Position numbers and translations under genes: made by a program | Part shown: positions 36,589-47,655 of the stretch, one piece after another | How positions within the stretch are numbered: position 1 is the stretch's first letter | How the letters are laid out: every line of letters begins with the position of its first letter | The notes under the pieces: model-generated | Database searches by the model: none | What the model saw: the letters and a program-made list of their open reading frames with translations, nothing else | Told to the model about the DNA's origin: nothing | Source of the DNA: Chiloscyllium plagiosum | Taxonomy: Eukaryota | Direction: 5' to 3' | Length of the DNA stretch: 64,000 nucleotides | Assembly: GCF_004010195.1 (NCBI RefSeq) | Contig: NC_057719.1 | Location: forward strand, 38,701,733-38,765,732

Positions 36589-39500
36589 AAATATGAAAGA
36601 ACTGCCCCACCCAGAAGGTTACCCAGCTCACACTGGAAGCCACTCGTGGTGCCGTCGCATCCACTCCCCCTCCCCCTCCCCGCAAAGATAACACCAAAAG
36701 CCCCATCAGCAGGGGCTACTAGTGCCTTGGCCTCTGGCGAGAAGGGAGGTGAGCGTCTGGCAAGACAGAAGTCACGGAAGAAGACACAACGTATCAAGTC
36801 CACCCCCGTGGAGACCACCTCATCCCCTCCCTTGGAACTGGACCCTCGACTTGCCCCACCCTGGTGTGAAAATGCCCCTATGGCTGTGCCAGCATTGCCC
36901 TGGTGCAGGAACCCTGACCCCCAGCTGCCCAATTCCGTGCCTGAACTCTGCCCCGTTGTGGCGACCCAGTCGCATCAGTGACTGATTCTTGTCCAGTGAT
37001 ACCTGACCTCGGGATCCCTGACCCTGAAATCTGCCCTACTCCTCCAGGCCTCAGTTCTGACCTCAGGGAACCTGATGCTCCACATCCCACTGCAGCTGTC
37101 TCTCTGGGTCCGAGGCAGGATGCTGGGCCCCTGCTCTGCCCACCATCACCTGATAACCCAGGGCAGGACAGGAAGCGAAACGGATGACTCTCCCTGACCT
37201 TGTCACACTCCCTGCCTTCCCCCAACCAATCATATTCAGAGAGAAACTGGGGGGGAAGGGCCTCAGGTCCCATGACCATCAGGGTGGGTGAGGATAGGAC
37301 AGCATTCCCCTGGGGCACTGTCACCTCAGGGGCATCTGGGGAGGGGTAGCACCATTGGCATGTCCCGGGGAGGTCCTCCCCCTCCCCAGGGGGTGTGCCC
37401 ATGGCACTGCCTGTCTTTCTCGCACCGCAGCCTGACCACCCTGATCCCCAGGGATCAGAGCAGAATCCCCTGTTGCAGCCATTCCACCAACCCCGGGGAT
37501 GAGTCTACACCTCATGTAGGCTCTGCTGCAGGCTGTAATAGTAATTTCAATACCACTGGGTCATCGAGCTATGGAAGGGAGGAAGGCATTATCCTCACAC
37601 CTCCCTCCCAGACTGCTTTTCCGGGCACCTTGGCCCTGGAGGAGGGCCTTTTCCCTGAGGAGCCAGGCATCCCGGTGTCGGGAGAGGAACGGGGCCCCGA
37701 GCCTCCGCCGCCTGATGACCCGACCTCGGGGCATTCTGGGAAGGGGTATACTGAGGAAGTTACTGCCGGTGACCCTGGGGGTGGGGTCATTGGGGGTTTG
37801 AGGTCAGTTGGCAGTGCCAGACTAGTCCGCACCCTCACAGTGGAGGGGGGTGCTGGTGAGCACTGGGGATGACGCAGAGTCTGTCTCCAGTGAGGTTTTT
37901 GAATCCCAGGTGCCCTCCACAGAGCTTCTCCCCATCCCTCTCGAGGAACTCCAGGAATTTGTTGAGGAAGCTCGCAGTCGCCGGGATAGACCCCATGTTG
38001 CCCAGGCTGCTCATCAAGCACTTGGGCTGGGCCCTAATGAGCGAAAGTGAGTCAGAAACCTCCTCTGTGCACTCCTGGTGAGGGCGAGGGATTTCTGCAT
38101 CCCTCCCTCATCCTCCCAGTAACTGTATATCAGTTAAATCGCATTGGTGGTGGTTGTACAATACTGCTGACATGAAGACTACCATAGCCAGCCTCCACAT
38201 CAATGGCAGCAGGGAGTCATAGTGCAGATTCCAGACCTCCTTGGCCCATCAAGACAGGAAGTATATGGTGTGCTTCCTGCAAGAAACCTACACTAACCCA
38301 AAAGACGAAGCCACCTGGCTCCTGGAGTGGCAAGGTGGGGGGGTGGGGGGGCAGTCTACATGAGTCACCTCACCCACAGATCTGGCAGGGTGCCTATCTT
38401 GTTGGCCCCGCATTTTCAGCCAGAGATCTGAGGGTTCAGGGAGCCGTTGTGCCAGGCCATTTGCTTCACCTGATGGTTTGGCTGGGGGGCACGGTGCTTC
38501 ACTTTGTGAACGTCTACACTCCCGTAGTCGGACTGGCGCAAACGCATTTCTACGGAGAAGTGTTTGCTCATCTTGCCTCCATCAACGAAAGCCAGTGCAT
38601 TGTCCTTGGGAGAGATTTTAACTGTATCCTCGAGGACAGGGACCACGGCGGTGCCCGGACTGGTTGGGCATCAGGAAGGAGGTTGGGGGATTTGGATCTG
38701 GTGGATGTCTGGCAAAATCTGCATCCCGACTCCATTACTTTCACCTTTGTGAGGCCTGTAGTCGGAGCATCTAGAATCCACTGCCTGTATGTTTCGCGGG
38801 CATACACCTCCTGCTTTCCGGTGGCGTCCATGTGGCAGGTGTCGTGCACGGACCATCACCAGGTGTGGGCGGAACTCCTTCTGTTCGGCGCCCGGCTCGG
38901 GTCCACATACTGGCACTCTAGCAACCTGCTGCAGGAGGACGAGCGGTTCCGGGACTCATTTCGCCACTTCTGGGCCGTCTGGAGAAGGAAGCGGGGAAGC
39001 TTCTCCTCCCTGAGGGTATGGTGGGACATGGGCAAGGGTCACGCCCAAGTTTTCTGTCAGGAGTGCGCAAGGGGGTTCAACAAAGAGGCGGAAGTCAAGG
39101 ATCGAGGAGTTGGAGAAGGAGATGTTCGATCTGGAGTCACGTCTCGGTCAACTCGATGTGGACCCAACCCTGCGGGGGGTGTACGAAGAGAAGAAGGCCA
39201 CGCTCCGGGACCTGCAGCTTGTCTGGTCCCGTGGCACATGTCCACCAGGGTCTGGACCGTGGCTCCCCCATCCCTCTACTTGCTGTAAAAAGGCGCAGCA
39301 CCCGTCAGCAGCTCCTTGTGCTGCTGGCCGACGACGGGTCCCTTGTCTTGGATCTGGAGGGTATCAGGGTCCACATTCACCCCTACCATATGGCCCTGTT
39401 CTCTCTGGATCTGTCCAGCGAGGATGATCGCTTGTGGGAGGACCTGCCGCAGCTCAGCCTGGAGGACGCCGGAAGGCTCAACGATCCCGTCACTTTAGAG

Positions 39501-41252
39501 GAGCTGACTGGCACCCTCGACCAGCTCTCGAGGAGCAAGTCCCCAGGGCTGGACAGGTTGACTGTGTTCTGGGACGTCCTGGGGAGTGACTATGCACAGG
39601 TCCTGGGGGAGTGTCTCACTGCCGGAGAGTTGCCCCTTTCTTGGTGCAGGGCGGTCATTGTCCTGCTGCCTAAGAAAGGGGACCTTCATTCCTGAAAGAA
39701 CTAGTATCCGGTCTCCCTCCTCAGCACGGACTACAAAATTTCTGCCAGGGTGTTGGCTTCTCGCCTAGCTTCTGTGCTGGCCCACATGATTCACCCAGAC
39801 CAGTCCTACACGGTCCCGGGCCAGAGGATATACGACAAGGCCCACCTGGTCTGGGACCTGATCCATTTCTGCCAATGGGCTGGTCTGCCGAGCAATTTTC
39901 TGTCTCTCGATCAGAAGAAGGCATTCGACAGGGTCAATCACGAATATCTGCTCCGGACTCTGCGGGCATTCGGGTTCGGGAAGCAGGTCGTCGCCTGGAT
40001 CTGACTTTTGTACACTGCCGCAGAGTGTCTGGTTAAAGTTAACGGGTCCCTGTTGACGCCCCTTCGCTTTGGGTGAGGAGTACATCAAGGCTGATGGTTT
40101 GGAAGTCGCTCTCAGGATGCTGTCTGTCTTTTACCAGAACCTGATCACTGTCGGGAACATGGCTGAATCATGTCACATGTATCCTCTGGCATGAGTAGTG
40201 GTTGTCGTCAGGGAGCCATTGCTTTGGAATCCGCACCTCCGTACTCGTGGGTTTGAGTGGCTGTTGGAGGGGAGGGCCATGGCTGTGAGAGTGACCATGC
40301 TGGGGACATGCTGGGTGGTGGGGGCCTGGGCTGGACACTGCTGCAGGATATAGCGAGCAGGGCAGTGGTAGACGTCCTGTTCATGACCACTGCCATTCAA
40401 TGCCTTAAAACGGCGGTGCTCGGACGTAGTGCACCAGTTGGAGGACGCTCAGGTGTGTGCTGGAATCCGTCTGTGCTCAACCCTGCCCAGACGGAATTTC
40501 ACATTGGCCCCAAGGTCCCGTACTTCCCCCAGGAACCTGTGCCCCACAACCTGAGCCGCCTCCAGAATTTTAGTTTTGTCCCGTTCAGGGATGTATCATG
40601 GCAGGCTCTGTACAGACTGCTGCTGAACACTATTCACCTCTTCTCCCTCATCCACAGCCCAGACATGCCTTGGAGTGCCCATTTGCCACTAGGCAATGAG
40701 GATCCCGGTGGAGGGTGCTGCATACGGCAGTCTCCTGCAACTGCAGATTGCGGTGGTTCACGGACTCACAGCCCAACTGCTTGTTCTGTGGTGCTGTGGA
40801 GTCCGTGGACCACGTGTATATTGGGTGTGGGCGTTTGCGCTCCCTTTTTGATTTTCTTAAAAACCTTCTGTTTTTGGTTGCACTTCAGTCCCACACTCCT
40901 GATCTTTGGGCATCTGGTATGGGGGATGGAGTGTAGGTCAAAGGACCTCCTTGTGGTTCTGCTCCTGGGCCTGGCCAAACTTGCCATAAACAGGTCCAGG
41001 CAGCGGGCCTTGGAGGGGGTCATTCGGGCTGATTGCCTGCCCCTCTTCCGAGGTTTTATCCAGGCCCAGATGTCTCTGGAGAAGGAGCAGGTGGTGAACA
41101 CCAACCCCCTCGAGGTTTTCAGGGAGAGGTGGACACCACAGGGAGTGGAGTGTTTTACTTCCCCCTCCGACTCTATTTTGATTTAATCCCTACCTTCCCC
41201 TTCACTTTTTCGTTCAAATAGGAATTGTCCTTGATGGGCAGGGCACTGTTTG

Positions 41253-42265
41253 TCTTTTCTGGACCCTTTCAAGTTTTACAACATCTCTCCGATAGGAAGG
41301 AGAGCAGAATTGTACACAATATTCCAACAGTGCCCTAACCAATGTCCTGTACAGCCACATCATGACCTCTCAATACTCTGTCCAATAAAGGAAAGCATAC
41401 CAAACACTTCTTCACTATCCTATCTATCTGTGACTCCACTTTCAGGGAACTGTGAACCTGCACTCCAAGGTCTCTGTGTTCAACAACACTCCCTAGGACC
41501 TTACCATTAAGTGTGAATCCTGCTCTGATTTGCTTTTCCAAAATGCAGCACCTCACATTTATCTAAATTAAACTCCATTTGCCACTTCTCAGGCCATTGG
41601 CGCATCTGATCAAGATCACATTGTACTCTGAGGTAACCTTCTTCGCTGTCCACTACACGTCCAATTTTGGTGTCATCTGCAAACTCACTAAATTATACCT
41701 TCTATGTTTACATCTAAATCATTTATATAAATGAAGAAAAGCAATAGACCCAGCACTGATCCTTATGGCACCCCACTGGTCACAGGCCTCCAGTCTGAAA
41801 AACAACCCTCACCACCACCCTCTGTCTTCTACCTTTGAGCCAGTTCTGTATCCAAATGGCTAGTTCTCCCTGTATTCCATGTGATCTAACCTTACCATCC
41901 AGACGCCCATGAGGAACCTTGTCGAACGCCTTACTGAAGTCAATATAGATCACATCTACAGCTCTGCCCTCATCAATCCTCTTTGTAACTTATTCAAAAA
42001 TCTCAATCAAGTTTGTGAGACATGATTTTCCACGCACAAAGCCATATTGACTCTCTTTAATCAGTCCTTGCCTTTCCAAATACATGTACATCTTGTCCCT
42101 CAGGATTCCCTCCAACAACTTGCCCACCACCAATGTCAGGCTCACTGGTCTATAGTTCCCTCACTTTTCCTTACCACCTTTCTTATTTAGTGGCACCATG
42201 TTAGCCAGCCTCAGTCTTCTGCCAACTCACCTTGACTATTGATGATACAAATATCTCAGCAAGGG
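41253..42265 (-). mobile_element. HER1/CR1-type LINE RT fragment truncated at both ends
   Basis: Reverse complement is collinear with about 23390-24410 (PLAEIFVSS to LERVQKR). Confidence 0.9.
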
Positions 42266-43172
42266 ACTCCACCCCACATCCTGGAGGAAAAGAAGGAGAT
42301 CTCCCATGTAGAAAGCCCTCCACTTGGGATCCCTATTGCCCAGAGGTAAATTGACACACCAAGACGTGTCTGGGCGATGGATAAAGGAGAAGAAGTGGAT
42401 GGTGTGCGGCAGCAGTCTATATATAGGCCTGTTTTGATTCTCTGAAGGACATATAACACATATCTTGGAGATAGCTCAGGTTGTGGGACCTGAGGGATGT
42501 ATGAGATCCTGAGGCAAATGTGAAATTCCATCCAGGCAGGGGTACACACAGATAGGATTCCTCCACACACCCGAGCATCCTTCAACTGGTGTACGATGTT
42601 GGGTCTGAGCACCGCCGTTTGAAGGCATTGGATGGCAGTGGTCGGGAGGCGGATGTCTCGAACCACCTTGTGTGCCAATTTCTGCCACCCATCACGTGCC
42701 CAACTCTGGTCACCTGCGCGGCCACAGTCCTCCCTTCTGCCAGTCTCTCGAATCAGCAATTGTGGATTCCTGAGCAATGGCTCTATGACAATGCCCCAGA
42801 GGGTAGGCCTGTCACAAAGTGACAGTGTCCAAGACATTCATCAGGTCCTGGTAAAAGACAGGCAGCATCCTGAAGCCAATCTGCAAACCCTCGAGGTCAA
42901 TGAACAGGAGCTGTGTGTTGTAATGGAGATTACGCACCTGGCAGAAGAAATACGTCACCACGGTGCCCCACCTTGGAGGAGGCTCAATGTAAAGGTAAAG
43001 CTGCAAGGCCTGAAGGTGGAATGTCGCCATCTGGGTACAGATGCACACCAGGAACTGACCACCTTCCTCAATAGGAAGACTCAGAACCTACACTGTGACT
43101 CAGTGCATCTTTTTGTCCTCGAAGAAGTAAACCAACAATCACTGGATGTCAGCTACAAAACCAGGAGAAGGG
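42266..43172 (-). mobile_element. Second Tx1-clade fragment (ORF2 C-terminal region)
   Basis: LSLPIEEGGQ, MLPVFYQDL, EPLLRNPQL, PTTAIQCLQTAVL; homologous to 40095-40720. Confidence 0.85.
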
Positions 43173-45180
43173 ATCTGTCAGCCACAGCTCTCTGATTGGC
43201 CCATTTAACAACCCCAATCAAGGATCTCCCTGGTTCCAATCACTATAAATTGAAAGGATGACCAAAGGCAGTGGGAATAGTATTTGTTGATTGGCACAAC
43301 GTTGTACAGGTTTAACATAGGGCTTTCAAAGTGGAGGTTGGAATCCCAATGGAGTCAAGAGCTGAATTGTTGGGAGTGCGAGCTCCAGGACAGAAATGGT
43401 CACACGGGTCTCCAACTGAGTTACTACACATGTACACCTCCTCTAACAGGCATCCACTGTCACAGCAACTCTTACAGGTTGCTGACTTGTACCCACAAGC
43501 CATCTCCTACCCACCACCCCCAACACCTGTACTGTCACTGAGCTCTCCATGCCACCCACACCCAGCCCCAAATTCTCATGATTCTCATGTGGAATTGTGA
43601 CAATTTGCAATCGTCAAAACGGGGTGACCACAGCTAAAGATATTGGAAGTAATGCTTTAATGTAGACAGCATGTGTGAACACATAGTGATGCGTGGTGCT
43701 CTTTTGTAACTAGCTCACGAGGGCACCGGAAAGGTGTCATGCCTGGGTTTGCAGCAAACCAGAAACAGTTGCACTAAGGTATGCAATCCTCCTACACAAT
43801 TTTCCTTTTTGTCCTCCAACTGCAGATATCTTATTGTCAATTATTTTCTTCATATGCAAAAGATAAACAAATAAGGATGTTCCTGCTAAAATCTTCCACA
43901 CGCCCTGGACAGGAGCAAGCACCATGCGTCCCAGCCAACCAGAAATTTGAATGGTACTGACATGGTGGAAATCAGTGGGAATTTAATTCTGTTCAGTCTC
44001 TGCTCAATTTCGGTGTGTAGCAAAGTTAAAAATTGATTCCAAATAAGGAATTATTCGACAGGATGTGAAAAGTTGCATCAAATACACCCATCTTCAATCT
44101 AGGATACTATTGGTTTCAATACAAATTTGTTGAGATATGTTTGCAATGACAAGGTCTAAAACATAGAGTTTTGGTCCCCTGCGTGCAATGAGAATAAATC
44201 TGTTTAATGTTTGAGAGCATCCTAGCCTCAATGAACATCTGACCTCTGTGACAAGGTGCAGAACCAGATGTACAACTTCCTTGCAAGACATAAATACTTC
44301 TAATAACAACTATGCAGATAGATATCCCTCAGGGAGTAATTCCCACAACACCATTTCCTGTTTTGTCCAATGCTGTCTTGTTGATGATATCACACTTCCC
44401 AGAATAATAAGCTCACTACCTAAAAGACAAATAACAACTTGACAATTTCAATTGGACAGTGAATTGGACAGTTCATAGACAAATGGTGAATTATCTTTGT
44501 TTCTCAGGAAACAAAGGTAATATTAATTGAAGCTCGAAGGTTGTAAAACTGCATAGTTACAATGAGTGTACAACATGTACAAACTCTTCATTCATTAACA
44601 TTCAGGTACCTTAGGATTTACACTTGACCTCATAAGTGGGCAGTATTTAACAGGGGCAAAAAGGATCTTGCCTGTCTTTTGAGTAAAGCTGGAGTCACAC
44701 TTTGGCACCTTTATGAAGGTGGTCATGCTAAGTTTCACTGTGGTACTTAACTGGAGAGTTTTAGGCCATCCCTAGGACCAAGGATCCTAGGACTTGACTG
44801 CAAGAAGCAGCCAGTCCAGTGGAAGCTGGCAGCTCTGTTGAATGGCAATGCCATCAAGGAGGCACTAATTGCTGCTGATGGAACACTCACCTGACATCTA
44901 ATATGATCATTGGATCCCAAACCACACGAAAATGATGTCAGGATGGGACGGGTAACAGACAAGGATGGATTAAAGCTCAGCAGGAAGAGTAGGGCATACT
45001 TTTGTATTTCTGTGTCCCTTAATCAACCCCTAAGTGTTTTTTTAAATGACGGGCACCCCTGGGCAGCCCACTCATAATATCACGCAGTTTAGTGCTCCCT
45101 GCATAGTGAACTCTACTGGGTTAACACCAGTGACAGCAGGATGCAAGTAATATCCACTTAAATAACCTCAATTGGTGGCA

Positions 45181-45274
45181 TTCCTGAAGAAGGGCTTATG
45201 CCCGAAACGTCGATTCTCCTGTTCCCTGGATGCTGCCTGACCTGCTGCGCTTTTCCAGCAACACATTTCCAGCT
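45181..45274 (+). mobile_element. 94-bp PLE family A fragment with intact hammerhead core and exact 14-bp TSD
   Basis: ttc-CTGAAGA-a-GGGC ttat GCCC-GAAA-C-GTC-ga; ctcaattggtggca at 45167-45180 and 45275-45288. Confidence 0.85.
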
Positions 45275-45559
45275 CTCAATTGGTGGCAGGCAGGAAGGCT
45301 GTCCAAGGTAAGATGTCTCATGGAATTAAACCAGGGTGGATCAGAAAGGTAGCAGAGACCCCCACTGCCACTCTTCCATCTGCTTAAATGCCCTGCTACC
45401 ACCAAACTCACCACCGATATTAAATTCCACCCAAAATATCTGCTAAATAACTAATAATTATTCTATTCCTAAGCTTTAAAATAGTATAGTAAATCATAGT
45501 AAGGTTAATAAAACATATAAAAACATAACTAAATATATAATTACATAAAGCTATTAATT

Positions 45560-46173
45560 ACTTATTTAGAAGACGTGAAAGATGTCAGAAAGGGTCATGT
45601 ATCACACCTGCAGCATGTGTAATCTCCTGGATGCCAGTGTGATACAGGGCAAGTATGCCTGTAGTAAGTGTTTGGAATTTGAGCAGCTTTAGCTCAGAGT
45701 TGTGTACTGCAGGCTGAACAGTAGACACTACAACGTATTGGGGAGATGGCAAGTGTTCCCTAGATTCTTTGTGCCAGAAGTCAGTCACACTTCTTAAGAC
45801 AATTTGGTCAGTATTCAGGGGCAGAACTGTATGAACATGAGTGAGTTGGGTAAGAGACTCAGACAGTAGGAGATTCAATCTTTGCAATTGGCCAAGAAAT
45901 TTAGGTTTTTGCATGCATCAAGGATGAAAATGAAGTTTACAAGGTGGATGGATGAACTAATAATGATATTGTGGTGACATTCAAGTGGTGGTGGGATAGG
46001 GGGTGGACTTAAAGGATTGTGGTAGTAGAGGACAATATAGTCAAAGGGAATGACACTGCTCTACATCAAAGAGCATGAGTCCAGATGGCTGTGTTGCAAG
46101 CACAGTGCTAGATTTCAAGACATTTGCTTCAGGTTGGAGAAAAAGTAACAAGGTAAAGAATGAGATTATGCAT
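45560..46173 (+). mobile_element. Old CR1-type ORF1 (zinc finger/esterase), first part; continuation inverted at 46708-47419
   Basis: TCSM..YACSKC, decayed VVxDNIV and WLCC motifs, parallel to ORF1 at 47784-48720. Confidence 0.7.
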
Positions 46174-46707
46174 AGGTCCTAGGGAGTGTTGCTGAACAAA
46201 GAGACCTTGGAGTGCAGGTTCATAGCTCCTTAAAAGTGGAGTCGCAGGTATATAAGATAGTGAAGAAGGCATTTGGTATGCTTTCCTTTATTGGTCAGAG
46301 TATTGAGTACAGGAGTTGGGAGGTCATGTTGCGGCTTTACAGGACATTGGTCAGGCCACTGTTGGAATATTATATGTAATTCTGGTCTCCTTCCTATCGA
46401 AAAGATGTTGTGAAACTTGAAAGGGTTCAGAAAAGATTTACAAGGATGTTGCCAGGGTTGGAGGATTTGAGCTATAGGGAGAGGCAGAAGAGGCTGGGGC
46501 TGTTTTCCCTGGAGCGTCGGAGGCTGAGGGGTGACCTTATAGAGGTTTATAAAATTATGAGGGGCATGGATAGGATGAATAGACAAAGTCTTTTCCCTGG
46601 GGTGGGGGAGTCCAGAACTAGAGGCCATAGGTTTAGGGTGAGAGGGGAAAGATATAAAAGAGACCTAAGGGGCAAAGTTTTCACGCAGAGGGTGGTACAT
46701 GTATGGA
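46174..46707 (+). mobile_element. 5'-truncated HER1/CR1-type LINE whose 3' end lies inverted at 47420-47655
   Basis: LERVQKRFTRMLPGLEDLSYRER...FTQRVVHVW, then an abrupt end. Confidence 0.92.
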
Positions 46708-47419
46708 TTTCTCACCTCTACCCAAGTTGTTTCCATATCCTGATATCCTGAAGTTTACTAATCCTGTCTATTGTGATAATGCTAACATTAGCTAACACTT
46801 ATCACTCTATTTCTACCTAGCTCCCTATCTTTCCTAAATGTCCTATACCCTTCAATATTCATCCTACAGCAATGTCCCTGATTGTACTTATTTAGTTTTA
46901 TTTACTGTCTCAATTCATCAGTTTTGTTTGAATGCTACATGCTTTCAGACACAGTCTTCAGTTCTATCCGCTCATTCTTTTTGTAACCTCGATCTTTCTC
47001 CATGTATTTACTCTTGAAATCATACTCCCCATCCCCTCCTGGTCTGTTCATCATTTCTCATATTGCTACCTTTCACTTTTGTTTCTATTCTTTGATTTAC
47101 CACATCTTCACAAATTTGATCCTCTGTGCCTACTATTTAGTTTAAAATTTCTGCTACCTCCCCTAATTATGTGGTTAGCAAAAACACTGGCCCCAGCACA
47201 GTTCAAGTGGAGCCTTTCCCATAGGTACAAATCTCACTTTCCCCAGCACTGATGCCCAAGTCCCGCAAACCAAAATCACATCTCCCACATCAGTCTTTGA
47301 ACGACTTATTCATGTCTCAAATCTGATTTGGTGTATGGCAATTTGCATGTGATGCAGGTAATAATCCAGAGACCATGGCCTTTGTTTCTTAATTTTGTGT
47401 CACGCTCCTCATACTGACT
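46708..47419 (-). mobile_element. Old CR1-type ORF1 C-terminal esterase part and ORF1/ORF2 junction
   Basis: Minus-strand remnants SGLLP and LHLNCAGASV. Confidence 0.7.
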
Positions 47420-47655
47420 AGAGAGTCATAGAGTCATAGAGATGTACAGCATGGAAACAGACCCTTCGATCCAACCCGTCCATGCTGACCAGATATCCCA
47501 ACCCAATCTAGTCCCATCTGCCAGCACCCGGCCCATATCCCTCCAAACCCTTCCTATTCATATACCCATCCAAATGTCTTTTAAATGTTGCAATTGTACT
47601 AGCCTCCACCACTTTCTCTGGCAGCTCATTCCATACACATACCACCCTCTGCGTG
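47420..47655 (-). mobile_element. HER1/CR1-type LINE 3' end with (ctatgact)n tail
   Basis: Near-identical to the reverse complement of 20614-20846. Confidence 0.92.

Larger units (their letters stand above)
32900..41247 (+). mobile_element. Tx1-clade non-LTR retrotransposon, near full length, decayed and internally deleted
   Basis: ORF1 from ATG 34372 (MASPKAAGPSRTYAG; ISKVPPFISNEFLLPHL; split CCHC knuckle). ORF2 from about 38172 (MKTTIASLHINGS; FVNVYTP; KSPGLDRLT; LSTDYKI; IHPDQSYTVPGQRI; LSLDQKKAFDRVNHEYL; C-terminal CLFCGAVESVDHVYIGC; LLGLAKLAI). Deletion at about 40093. 5' boundary uncertain. Confidence 0.88.

Noticed and set aside
35594..36706. 370-aa and 330-aa ORFs
   Set aside because: Artefacts of translating through the N gap.
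38203..41186. Long ORFs of 361, 225 and 309 aa as functional genes
   Set aside because: Frameshifted pieces of a dead Tx1 ORF2 with stops and an internal deletion.
44310..44420. Candidate minus-strand exon after a tcttttag acceptor
   Set aside because: Short frame with no recognisable homology.
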